A DNA stretch of 64,000 bases. It comes from the human T2T-CHM13v2.0 reference genome, Homo sapiens. Location: assembly GCF_009914755.1 (NCBI RefSeq), contig NC_060925.1; one strand, 5' to 3'. The translations under genes were made by a program, and so were the position numbers. The notes under the pieces were generated by a model, which saw only the letters and a program-made list of their open reading frames with translations, was not told where the DNA came from and made no database searches. Below, one piece after another: positions 15,452 to 28,192 of this stretch (position 1 is the first letter of the stretch; each line of letters starts with the position of its first letter).

Positions 15452-15661
15452 CAGGTTGAATATCCCAAATCCAAAAACCTGAAATCTGAAATGCTTTAAA
15501 ATATGAAGTTCTTTGAGTGCCTTTATGACGCTCAAAAGAAATGCTTATTGGAGCTTTTCACTTTAGGGTTCCTTAGCCAGTAAGTATAATGCAAATATTC
15601 CAAAACCAGAAATCTGAAACACTTCTGGTCCCAGGCATTTTGCCTAAGGGATACAAAACTG
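15452..15661 (+). mobile_element. Tigger4a/MER46-type DNA transposon
   Basis: caggttgaatatccc...gggatacaaaactg termini, flanked by TA on both sides. Confidence 0.85.
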
Positions 15662-16435
15662 TAATGCATTTCAATTATAAGGCACCTACATTTACGAATC
15701 CAATTTTAGTCTAAATCTAAACTTAAAAATTATTTTACAGTTTTAGTAATGTTAAAGATAAAAATCAGCTGATTTCAAAGCTCTGCAGTATTTAGTGGTT
15801 TAGACCTCTGTTAATTTTGGGACATCCAAATTTGATGGAAAATATTTCTTTAACATCATATAGCAAACTTAAGCATTTCCACAGCAGTGTAAATCTTTAA
15901 TCTGTAAACTCAATAAATTTAGAGCACCATCAGTATAGCCTTTAAGAACACATGTTTGAATTTAAGGTTTACTAGAAATGTAAGGATTGACATGCCTTTA
16001 AGACTTCAGAGTATGCCAAGACCTGGCTGAGGCTGATTGAAAGAGAATGTGGTTGAAGGCATCATAAATTCATAAAATAGAAATGATCTTTGAATAGGAA
16101 AATTTGGGGTTAGGTAGGACTTTCTTAGTGAAAATTTAATAAAAATTGTAGGTAACTGGCAGTTTTAAAAATGATACATTTTCCCTAAATGATTCTCATT
16201 TAAAGTCAAGCATCAACATATTTTGTTTTGAAAATTTGAATTTTGGGGAAAAAAATGAATAGGCACCACTATATGCAGTTTCACAGAACAATAAATGTAG
16301 TGGGGGTTTTTTAATAGAAAAAAATATTTGATTGGCTCTTTTACTTGTTTAATGTGTTATTTATTGTGAAGAAGTAATTTGTTTCACTGTGTTCATTGGT
16401 ATAATGTGTTCTTTGTCTCTTACTATGCACTTAAG

Positions 16436-16474
16436 CAACTAAACTCAGCTCGCCTTGAAGGAGATAACATTATG
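16436..16474 (+). CDS. SH3GLB1: SH3GLB1 alternative neural exon 6, short form (QLNSARLEGDNIM)
   Basis: cacttaag|CAA acceptor, ATG|gtaaat donor; 39 nt, phase 0-0; peptide matches the endophilin-B1b insert as I recall it. Confidence 0.9.
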
Positions 16475-16522
16475 GTAAATTTCTCTTACATGCTCAACTT
16501 CCTGCATGTAAAATGGCTGAAG
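16436..16522 (+). CDS. SH3GLB1: SH3GLB1 alternative exon 6, long form (QLNSARLEGDNIMVNFSYMLNFLHVKWLK)
   Basis: Same acceptor, distal donor AAG|gtttgt; 87 nt, open frame; matches the endophilin-B1c-type insert. Confidence 0.85.
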
Positions 16523-18120
16523 GTTTGTTGGCCTACTGTGTTTTCTACATCTTGAATAAAGTGCCTTCTCTTGCTATTAGCCGCTTGTAAAATTTTGAAA
16601 TAATTGGAACCATGTATTCATTTATCTTTAACAACAAAAATATAAGGAAAAAATACTAGCTGAAGTAATACTGGAACTTTAAAAGAAATTGTATGTTCTG
16701 ATTGCCAAATATAGTGTTTATGCCAAATACAGATTTTAGAATATGAATTTATACATAAATATATAGTGCCTTTTTGCACTGACTAAAAGGTGCTAATTTA
16801 AGCTGGCATTTATATTTTCACTTTTGGCAAAGAAAATTAACAAAATATACTTAAAGAAAGGTGTAAGGTAAACACATTGCCTTTGCTGCTCAGTAGCTTC
16901 AAGATTTACCTTATTTTCACCCAAACTCAACATAGAATTAATTTTTTCTGCCATTTCAGGCCAAGACAGACCCCATTAGGTTAGGTACTCCTGTAATGGC
17001 CAGGCTTATTTTCCACCCAGTGCTAACTCACTTAAGAAAGTTTTGGTGGAATGGTGATAGCCTTGGGAAAGAATAGAGAATGCAGATTGTTTTATGGTAT
17101 CCAATGTATATGTTGAGCTTAGTTTGAGAAAATTTTTGAGCTATTAGAAGTTTTTTATTTTAGTAAAATAGAAAGTTGTAAAATCTGAACATAGCCAACA
17201 ATTTGTGCACATTAACCAATAAAAAGTATATAGTGTGTTTTATTTTATTTCTAGATATATTACTTCATTAGAAGTGTCAAGGGATCTGCAGTACAGCTAA
17301 TACATTGGCAATTAATTGGCTGCTTTCATTCACTAGCATTAAACCAAAAGCAGGAAAGTAATAGGAAAGATTATTGTACAGAATATATAAAATGCATTTT
17401 TGTTTTTGTTTTTTTTTAAATGGTAATTACTGAAGCCCTGGCTGAATTAGGGCTTACCTTAGATAGCAAGAGAATGCATTAATGTGTTTCCATTGTCCTA
17501 TCTATAGGTAAATGAAAAGCGTGAGGATATTTCAGTCATTGCTAATTTAAAATATAAAGCATAGCTTTTCTTTTTGTCTGAGGTAAAAACATAATTCTAA
17601 ACAATTAACAGGACTTTGTTTCATTAATCATTTGTGTTTACTATTAATGTAATCTTATAGTAATATATATTTACAGCTGGTCATTTTATATTTATTATAT
17701 CTCCAGCTTATTGTTTCTCTCCAAAAAGACTGTTTCAGCAGCCATTAATCCTTGCTTTGCTTCATTTCCTAAAATGTTAGAATTTATACCTAAATGAGAA
17801 ATTTGAAATCATTTAGTCCAAATCTCTAATTTTCCAGATGAGAATACTGGAGCTAAGAAAGGTTAGGTGTTCTCAATTTGGGAAAACTGTAGATTTAACA
17901 TAAGATTTTAAAATTGATAGCAATGATACATATAAAAGTCATACTTTCACAGTATGTTAAGCTGTACCGATTTAGTTACTACTGTGTTTAATCTATAAAT
18001 ATGATTCTGAAAAAGAGTATGCCATTTAAACAAATATTTATATTTTTCTATACTAAGTTGTAGAAAATAAATTCCAACTTTCATGCTTTATATTTTTCTC
18101 TAATTTTTAATGCTGGCTAG

Positions 18121-18144
18121 ATTTGGGCAGAGGAGGTGACAAAA
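18121..18144 (+). CDS. SH3GLB1: SH3GLB1 neural microexon 7 (IWAEEVTK)
   Basis: tgctggctag|ATT acceptor, AAA|gtaagt donor; 24 nt, phase 0-0. Confidence 0.92.
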
Positions 18145-18520
18145 GTAAGTAAATTATTAAATACAGAACTATGAAACAAGAATTTAGTTGACGTTGATTC
18201 AGTAAATATGTATTGGGCAACAACCCATGGGTCCAGTCACAGTCTGTGTTAGTATACCTTATAAAATCTGAAAATGAGGGATATGTTCAGGTCTCTTTAG
18301 CTAATAGAAGCTCCACCAAGCAGTTGAACAATGCTGCAGAGATGTGGTTTGCACACACACTGATAAATCTTGGATACCTGTTATACTAAGTGGTAATCTT
18401 ACAGTTCCTTACTATAGAAGGCAGGCGAAATGCTTGTTAATGATTTTTTTAATAACAATTTTTAAAATGTAAAATATAGTTAACACCATGTCCTGTATCT
18501 TCAGAGAATGGGATATATAA

Positions 18521-18856
<336 letters not shown>

Positions 18857-19830
18857 TGAAGCTTGTTCTCTCCAGCACCAAAGCTAATTTTTCCCAGTCA
18901 CATTAGTTGAAAATATCTGTAAAAATGTATTTTACTGCTGCATTAAATATAGGATAGCAAGTATTTGATTTTACTACAGTTAAGGTCATTATTATGAATA
19001 TTTATCATACTGTTAACAGTTGGATTTGTTGTTTTTCGACTATGTTGTCTCTTCCCTCAGTATCAGACTGTTGCTTCTAGAAGCTGTCTGTATGACTGCT
19101 GCTAGCAGTTCTGTCTGTGTTACCATTTCTAATCTTCTGTGGGCTGGGAAAGCAAGTAATTAAACAAGAATTTAAGGGATAAAATTATAAACTATAGTAC
19201 ATGCAGACTTGTTTCAAATGCTTTTTTAAGTCTTCAGAAGCATTTTTCATTTACTTCTTATGTTTAGGCCTACCAAACTCTGACATCCACATGAGGATAA
19301 CACTGGGGACTGAGGACAGGTGATGATTTTGGCCCCTGACAATAGCTTTATAAACTTTAACTTTTATTTTCTGGCTTTGTAGGATTGATTTTACAGTCTG
19401 TTTTATGCATAGGTTATAGAGCTGTTGATTCTGTGACTTGGATCTCCAGTATGAAATTCTTACCTTATGCTCTTATCCCCCCTTTGTGAGTCTGTTCATC
19501 AGTTTAGTTACGGTTCCACACTGGCTTCTGATTTCTCTCTGAACTTCTAGCATGAAAAGGGGCAGAGCAACACAGAAGAGAATACAGGTTGAACAAAAAA
19601 ACTAGAATGTCTTCCTCTTTGGCATAAAGATATGCCAGAAAATTTCTGACTTGATTTTGCAGTCTCAGCAAGTTTAGGAAATAATTGATACAATACATGG
19701 GAAGAAACTCATGAAACATATTATATACATATATATAAAAATCTAAAGAAACCTATCAAAATGGATTTCAGGGGTTTTTTTCTTCTACATATCTCACTTC
19801 TGACATTTTTATAATTAAAAATGTATAAAT

Positions 19831-20113
19831 GACCAGGAGCAGTGGCTCACACCTGTAATCCCAGCACTTTGGAAGGCCGAGGTGGGCAGATCACCTGAGG
19901 TCAGGAGTTCAAAACCAGCCTGACCAGCATGGTGAAACCCTGTCTCTACTAAAAATACAAAATTAGCCAGGCATGGTGTCCCAGCTACTTGGGAGGCTGA
20001 GGCAGGAGAATCCCTTGAATTTGGGAGGTGGAGTTTGCAGTCAGCCAGGATCAGCCGTTGCACTCCAAGCTAGGCAACAAGAGCAAAACTCCATCTCAAA
20101 AAATAAATAAATG
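19831..20113 (+). mobile_element. Alu (S-like), small internal deletion
   Basis: TSD aaaatgtataaat at 19818-19830 and 20114-20126. Confidence 0.95.
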
Positions 20114-22634
20114 AAAATGTATAAATGTTAAGACTTTACATTCCTGGAGTATTTTAAGATTTTAAGCCATATGAATAGTAGTCAACACTGATCAAGATAG
20201 TCACAGCAAATGCCTCAGAAGCATTACCAAAATTTAGGGCTTACAGATACCCAATCTTGATATCGTGGGCCAACAGATTCTTGCCCATCTTCCAGTTACA
20301 TTTTAGAAAAAACTCTTCTGGCTTACCTAACCTATGTTATGCTATCATGTAGTCTAGTAGCAGTTACTTTTAGCAGTAGAAGGTCTTCTCCCTAGAGATT
20401 TTTTAGACGACAGAATATCAGCCCTTTCTTATCTATCTTTCTAATGTGGATCATTTTCTTCCGAAGTAAATTGATTATGCTAAGCCTAATTTAAATTCCT
20501 TTAGCCTCTCAGATCAGTTATTATGATCAATTATATATGCCAGAAGTATAGATGATTTGGGACATTTGACTGTTTGAAGCCACCCAATATGCACTAAAAC
20601 TTGTTCAAGAAATGAGATGCATTTTTCCCTATCATCTACCCTCTCTAAAGTCTAGATTGTACAGAAGGACCTCCTAAGCTTTGTAACATGGTGCCTTTCT
20701 TCATGATTAAATTTTACTCAAACCTAGAAGCCTGATCCCTCATCCTTAATGAGATCATTTGATATTTTTTATTCAGTGTACTTAGCATTAAAATATTATT
20801 TCTACTTCAGTCTCAATCTTCCCGGTCACCTTAATCTGCTACCTAGTTTACTTGCTTATTACCTTACCTAGAAATAATGTCAGTTAGTAGGATTTTTCTG
20901 CCATTTCTACTAAAGGCCATTAAATTAAACCGTACTTTGACAATCAAAGACCTATATGGAACTAACCTAGTTTATTTCTGAAGTGCATTTATTTTTGGTT
21001 TGCTGTATTTACTTCTGTTACTCAAAGCCTTTTGTATTCAACCAAGCAGAACAGTTAATAGTGCATATGTAATATTGATGTGATTGGTTTTCCTTAGTGC
21101 TCTCCTTAGGAAGAACATTGCTTCTTTTTTTCTTCTGGGACTTTTTTCTACTTCATACCAGCTTCCAGATGAAGCTTACTTTGTCCCTGCTATCAAAACA
21201 CCATGGGTTCTGGTTTTAGTCAAGTAAATTTAATTTCAACTTCTGACTTACTAATTCAAGCTTATTTCCGTAAGTCCAAGCTAGAGGTCAATTATTAGTC
21301 CCCTCTGCTAGGTTTGTTGCCAGTGGGCTGTTACAGCAACTGATTATCTACTTTGCTGCTACTTCCTTGTAGACTGGTTTACTAGGGTAACTATTGCCAC
21401 CAAAGGATGAGGAGAGGGAGATGAGGCCTGAAAGAAAAAAGTTCATACCTTGTTGGGTTTTTTTTGTTTTTTGTTTTTTTTACTTTTATTACATCTTGGA
21501 AATGTCATGAATCATTTGCATAGGTGGAAAATGCTATTTGTGCTGGAGAGGTAGTCAAACCTATCATTATAATGATGATGTAACCAATGATAATTCCCAA
21601 TGGGAGAAAAGCTAACTATTCTGAGTAAGCTGTGAGGTTTTATTTCTCTTTCCCACTTATTAACAACCAACTCTGACTAAAGGTTTGAGAAGATGTTTTT
21701 TGCCACTATTTGCTATTTTTAGATCTTGTTGATTTTTCAGTGAACTGTTTTGTCGCAGCAGTAAGCCTCCTTTATCAGATGGTTGAAACCAGTAGTGGCA
21801 TACTGTTATTTACATCTCTTCCCAGCTCCACAGTGTGTGACTTCACGTTAGTAGCTGGAAATCAGCTGTGGTGGGAGTATTTATATCATGAAAATCTGGA
21901 TATGAGAGCTTTTTTTTTTATTTCTTGGGGAAGAATTTAACAGCACACTACTGATTGAAGTTCGATCATAACTTAAAAAGCTTTTTAAAACCCTAGTGTA
22001 TCTTAATAGATAGTATTCTGCTTAAGACATTTTTTATGCATAGTTTGAAAAGAAAATTTGAAAGAAAGACATTTAAAATGTAGGACAAAGAATCCTTTGA
22101 ATGAACCTAAAAACTGGTGCTAGCAACAAGTGTTTGGCAACTAAACGCAAGGTGAAAATCCTATGGCTTCACTCTAAAGTCTTTTGCATTTGAGACTGAA
22201 GACTCTTTAACTTCAAAGTAAAAACTGTAGTAATAATTGAGAATTTTTGCAGCAATATTACTTTATACTTGTAAAACTGGTCATCTTAAAATTTTGTAAA
22301 ATAGTAAAATTTAGCAAAATTGATACTAGAAAATTTATGAAAATATCTTGGCTTTCTCTTAGTAGTTTTTGTAGGCTCTTAAGAGTGTATCATTAAGCTT
22401 TAGCGTAACAGATTCTTTTCAATCAAGTACTGGAATCAGTTGTCCAGGTGGAGTAATACAGAAAAGCTAAGGTCTAGAAACCAGGGGACCATTTTAGATA
22501 CAAAGCAGAATTGCGGAATTGCCAGATTATAACTTGAGGTTTGTTCGGGGGATTTTTTTTAACCATCTAAAATAAATGTATATAAGATGGACTGAGTCTT
22601 CTAAAGAGATTCTAAAACTATATTCTTACTTAAG

Positions 22635-22724
22635 TCTGAACAGGAATTAAGAATAACTCAAAGTGAATTTGATCGTCAAGCAGAGATTACCAGACTTCTG
22701 CTAGAGGGAATCAGCAGTACACAT
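22635..22724 (+). CDS. SH3GLB1: SH3GLB1 constitutive exon 8 (SEQELRITQSEFDRQ...ISSTH)
   Basis: tacttaag|TCT acceptor, CAT|gtgagt donor; 90 nt. Confidence 0.96.
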
Positions 22725-23111
22725 GTGAGTATTCATTCATTGGAAATTCATTTGGAACAAGACTTTGGTAGTCCTAAGGCAATTTTGGGAGGAAAAACTG
22801 AACTTTTCAGTCATTCATCAAGGAAATTTAAATTGTTCTACTTTCCAATATATCCGAATAAATATTTTAAATTGTTGTTTACATCTTATCACCGAGTTCT
22901 CCCACCCTCATTAAATATACATGTTGTTGTTTATTGGCTAAGCAGAGTTTGCTAGTGTACTATTCACGAAGGCCAATCTTAATAAGCCTTGTAGTAAAAT
23001 GTTAGATACTGGTGAGTCTACCTCAGTACAATATTGTGGTCTGTCTCCCCCTTGCATTTGCCATTTAAGTTGACTATAGAGCTAAGAACTAACTATAATT
23101 TTCCTTCACAG

Positions 23112-23212
23112 GCCCATCACCTTCGCTGTCTGAATGACTTTGTAGAAGCCCAGATGACTTACTATGCACAGTGTTACCAGTATATGTTGGACCTCCAGAA
23201 ACAACTGGGAAG
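23112..23212 (+). CDS. SH3GLB1: SH3GLB1 exon 9 (AHHLRCLNDFVEAQ...QKQLG), end of BAR domain
   Basis: ttcacag|GCC acceptor, AAG|gtgata donor; 101 nt. Confidence 0.96.
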
Positions 23213-23699
23213 GTGATAATTTACTTTTCACATGTAAAGAGGAGAAATTCAGATTTTTGCTTATGAACTAATACTAAGGATGAAGATTAGAGCAATTAAA
23301 GGTTCTTACTAGCTTTCTTAGAAATAGTTTCTTTTTTTTAAGGAAAGTAATTATCAGTTTTCTGAGGTAACAGAATATTTTGAGCTTTTCTGGCACAGAG
23401 GCATGTTAACAGGGATGAGAAAAAGTGAATACCTTTTCAGTGCTGTAAGGTTAAAAGTGTTTCAAGTTCACTTTTCTCCTGCTACTGAATACTTTTTGCT
23501 ATTGGTTGAGGAAGATATAATTAAATTGACAGTTACCCTTAAAGATAAACTAATTTATACTTATTCATTACTCATCTGTTTACTATATTGAAAAAAAGTT
23601 TTAGAATATTTCGTAAGACCTCATATCTACCGATGTGATTATTTTGAGTATGTTAATATACTTCAAAGCAAAATGACAGTATGTAAAACACAAAGCTCA

Positions 23700-24300
23700 A
23701 TCACTCATTCATCACGTATTTATTGACTATCTGCCATGTGCCAAGCACTGTTACATATTGTGGGGTAATATCAGCAAACAAAACAGGCAAAGATGCTTGC
23801 CTTTATGGAGCTCACATTATAAGGTGACACTGAAAATAAAATAATGTTTAGGGCAAACATGGTCTCTGCTCTCACAACACTTAGCCTAGGTAGAAATACA
23901 AAGCAAGCCGTTGGTAGACAGGCCATGTGGTAGGCAGAAAAGCAGAAGGTGCCTGGTATTGTGAAGGCATCTAACTGTGACTGAGGTACATCTAGCAGAG
24001 TTTCCCAGGTGAAGTTATCTTGGTAGGAATAATCTAGATGAAGAAAGGGACAGGGATGAATATTCTAAGCAAGGAAGAATATGTTTATAAAAAAGCCAGA
24101 AGAAAGAGAGTAGGGAAAGTTCGGGGAACTGATAGTAGTCCATTCAGGCTGGAGCATAGTGTTCAAGAATGGAATGGTAGATGAATCTAGAGGAGTTAAG
24201 CAGGGTCATACCATGAATGGCTTTTAAAGTAAGTTATTGTAAGGAGTTTGGAATTTATATATTGAGGAACCATTAAAGCAGGGGAGCGATATGTAGCATT
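23700..24300 (-). mobile_element. L2 fragments
   Basis: tcattcatcacgtatttattgac...tgtgccaagcactg...ggagctcacatt. Confidence 0.7.
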
Positions 24301-25039
24301 TGAAGGATGAATATCAAAAAATCGTTTCAAGGAATAAGGTAAATAAAGTCACTTTGGTGTTTGTTTCTGCACATTAACACTTCAAAACTTGGCCTAGAAT
24401 AAAATTGAGCACGTCCATGAAACCAATTTTGAACCTCAAAAATGAATGGTAGCCTAATCATTAGTTATTTTAATAGAATATACAGGAGCATTTACATAAC
24501 TATATATTTGAGGTTTTATTAGTGGTGTTAATATCTCAAGGCAGAACAGCACTTTATCTTCACATCATTATAACTATTTTAAGCCCAAGAAGCCTTAGTA
24601 CTTTTTTCCACTTTATCCTGAAACTCTGGAAGTGCGGCATAGGGGTTGCTTATACTCGCATTCTACTTAAAGCCACACTATGCTTAGGACTTGGCCATTT
24701 AAACAAAATCCAGTTGTTGCGTTATTACTGCTCTTTGAGATAAGCTCCAGCAATACAAAGTAAAACCAGTGCTACTATTCTAGAAAAGAAAGTCTAGCTT
24801 GTCTCTCCACCCTCAATTATATTATTGCTAATGACCAATGACATTGGAGGAAGTTTTATCTCTTTAATTTGTTGCAGGTTATGCTTTTTAAGATAATACA
24901 TAGAAATATTCAAATATAGAACTTGACAAATCATCCAGCTTCACACTAACACATTCAAAAACTATTTATGAAGAAGAGAACCAGATTGTATTGTTAATAG
25001 TTGCAATAACAGTACCAACAGGTAGTAGAAGTAACTGAA

Positions 25040-25195
25040 TAACAGCCATCACTTTGGTTGAGCTTAAGTTGTGCATAGGTGCTCTTCCAGACACCTCATG
25101 TGTATTATTAACTTTATAATCCTCACCACCAAATGAGGTAGGTACTATTATTATCCATATTTTAAAGATGAGAAAGCAGAAGTACTAGTCACAAG
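25040..25195 (-). mobile_element. MIR
   Basis: aatcctcac...tgaggtaggtactattattatcc. Confidence 0.75.
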
Positions 25196-26232
25196 ATTAG
25201 CAATTTTTTTAATAATTGGAAGGCTTTTGCATTTCAAGCTCCAGTGGCTTAATTGACATTTTTATAGAATGAGTAATTGCTATGATTTTTTAACGTATCA
25301 ATAAAAGTTCTTAGAAGGTAAAAATGGCCTTTCAGTTCATTTTTTAAATCTTTAACTCTGCAAAATTGACATAGGTACACTTCAGTGGCTAATCAAAGGC
25401 TAAAATCATACTAGTAGATTTGGAAGTAAAATATGGTTAGAGAACTAAAAAAGCCATGTGTATATACATATTCATATAAATAGAGCTTTTTCTTATCTTC
25501 AGAAATGTATGTATTTAATCCCTACTGAAGAACCGAGTTCACTGAGGAAAGGATACTAGGACAGGTGGTCTTAATTTTAGAGAGGAAAAGCTGTATTTAA
25601 AACTATTTCACCCTTTATCCATCAGAGAAACATTTGCTTTTCATTTTTAAAATGTACTGTTCCAGATGTGGGGGATATAGTATATAAATAAAATAATCAA
25701 AATTCCTGCCTTCCTGGAATCTACATTCTATATGGGGGCAGAAGGGAGCAGAAAAGCAATATGTATATAAATTATATAGTATATTAGAAGGTGAAAATGG
25801 TGTACCGGAAAATATAGCAGGAAACTACTTTGATGGGAGTAGAGAAAGACGTGAGAAAGCACACATGCAGGCATCTGAGAGAAGATGCTCCAGGTAGAGG
25901 GTGCAGCAAGTACAAAAACCCTGAGGGCATGACATAGCTGGTATGGTCAAGGAACAGCAAGGAGGGCTTGGCTAGAGACGAGTAGAGGAAACGGGGAGCC
26001 AAAACATATAGGGCTTCGACTTTGGTCTTTACTCAGAGATGAGGCGCCTTTGGAAATTTTGAGCTGAAGAGTGACATAATTTTAGGCTTTAACAGAATCA
26101 TTCTGGCTGCCACGTTGAGGATAGGTGTTGGGTGGAAGCTGACTGATCTGTTTCAAACTTATTGCAATAATGTAGTCAGTAATTCAGTCAGAAGATGGCA
26201 GTGGCTTGGATCAGGGTAATTGTGGTAGGTAG

Positions 26233-26577
<345 letters not shown>

Positions 26578-26668
26578 CTGTGGGTGTATTTTAGACTTAA
26601 AGCCAGAAGGATTTGCTTGACAGACTGTATGTATATTGGACACAAAGAGGTCAAGAATTATTGCAAGG

Positions 26669-26971
26669 TTTTGTTTTGTTTTGTTTTAGAGACAGAGTTT
26701 CACTCTTCCAGTCCAAGGTGGACTACAATGGCGCAACTTCGGCTCACTGCAACCTCTGCCTCCCGGGTTCAAGAGATTCTCCTGCCTCAGCCTCCCAAGT
26801 AGCTAGGATTACAGGTGTGCGCCACCATGCCCAGCTAATTTTTTGCATTTTTAGTAGAAAAGGGGTTTCACCATGTTAGCCAGGCTGGTCTTGAACTCCT
26901 GGCCTCAGGCTATCTGCCCGCCTCAGCCTCTCAAAGTGCTGGGATTATAGGCGTGAGCCACCACGTCCATC
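26669..26971 (-). mobile_element. Alu (S-like)
   Basis: Full length; TSD tgcaag(g/t)ttttg. Confidence 0.95.
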
Positions 26972-27891
26972 TGCAAGTTTTTGACCTAAGTAACTGAAAG
27001 AATGGGGAGTTGTAGATAGTTAAAATGGGGAATGCCAGAGGAGGCAAAGATTTCAGGGATGGAGGTCTGGGAAGTATGTCAGTTATATTAGAAGCCCAGT
27101 TTTAAATATGTTAAGTTTGAGATGTCTCTTAAACATTTAAGTGGAGGTATCCAATTTTAGGATATGCAGGTCTGGACTTGGATTGGGGGCAGGGTGAATT
27201 AGATAATTAGAGAGTTGTCAGCATATCAAAGATATTTAAATCTGTGAGACTAGATAAACCCTCAAAGGAGTAAGTATAGAGAAAAGGAGAGGATCAAGGA
27301 CTGATCTCTGAAGTACTCTAGCATAGAGAGTTGAGGAACGAGGCAAGGAAGATGATAACGAGTGAGGCAGTGAGGTAAAATGGAAACTAAGAGTATGGCC
27401 TGGAAGTCAAGTGAACATGTGTGAAAGTGGGAGAGAATGGTCACTGCCTAGGTCAAGTGAGAGGACTACGAATTGACCATTGGATTTAGGAACATTAAAG
27501 TCATTGCTAACCTTGACGAGTAGTTTTGGTGAAACAGTAGGCGCAAAGTAATGTTTGTAATATAAGAGACTCGGAGGAGAGGAATTGTGACCGTAAGTTT
27601 ACGTAAATCTTTCAAGGGGTTTTGGTGTAAAGGGGAACAGAGGAATGAGGCAGTAGTCGGAGGAGAAAGTGGGGTCTAGCAATTTTTTGCTTGTTTTTTA
27701 AGATAGGAGAAATAAGGGCATGTTTGTAAGCTGATGGGAATGATACACTAGGTGGAGAAAATATGATAATGTGGGAGGGAAAGGGAAGAATTGCTAGAGT
27801 GATACCCTAGAGAGGCAAAAAAGGATGAGATTTTGTGCACATATGGAGGAATTAGCATCAGGAGCATAGACAGCTCATTAAAGAGTTTCCT

Positions 27892-28192
27892 GGCCAGGCG
27901 CAGTGGCTCATGCCTGTAATCCCAGCACTTTGGGAGATCAAGGTGGGCAGATCACTTGAGCTCAGGAGTTTGAGATTAGCCTGGTCAATATGGTGAAACG
28001 CTGTCTCTACAAAAAAATACAAAAATTAACTGGGTGTGGAGGTGCATGTCTGTAGTCCCAGCTACTCAGGAAGCTGAGGCGAGAGAATTGCTTGCTTAAG
28101 CCCAGGAAGCAGAGGTTGCAGTGAGCCAAGATTGAACCACTGCACTACAGCCTGGGCAAAAGGAATGAACTCCTGTATCAAAAAAAAAAAAG
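27892..28192 (+). mobile_element. Alu (J/Sx-like)
   Basis: Full length with poly-A. Confidence 0.95.

Noticed and set aside
19061-19480. AG acceptor-like sites at 19060, 19382 and 19412
   Set aside because: No convincing paired donor or open frame; such motifs are common in AT-rich introns
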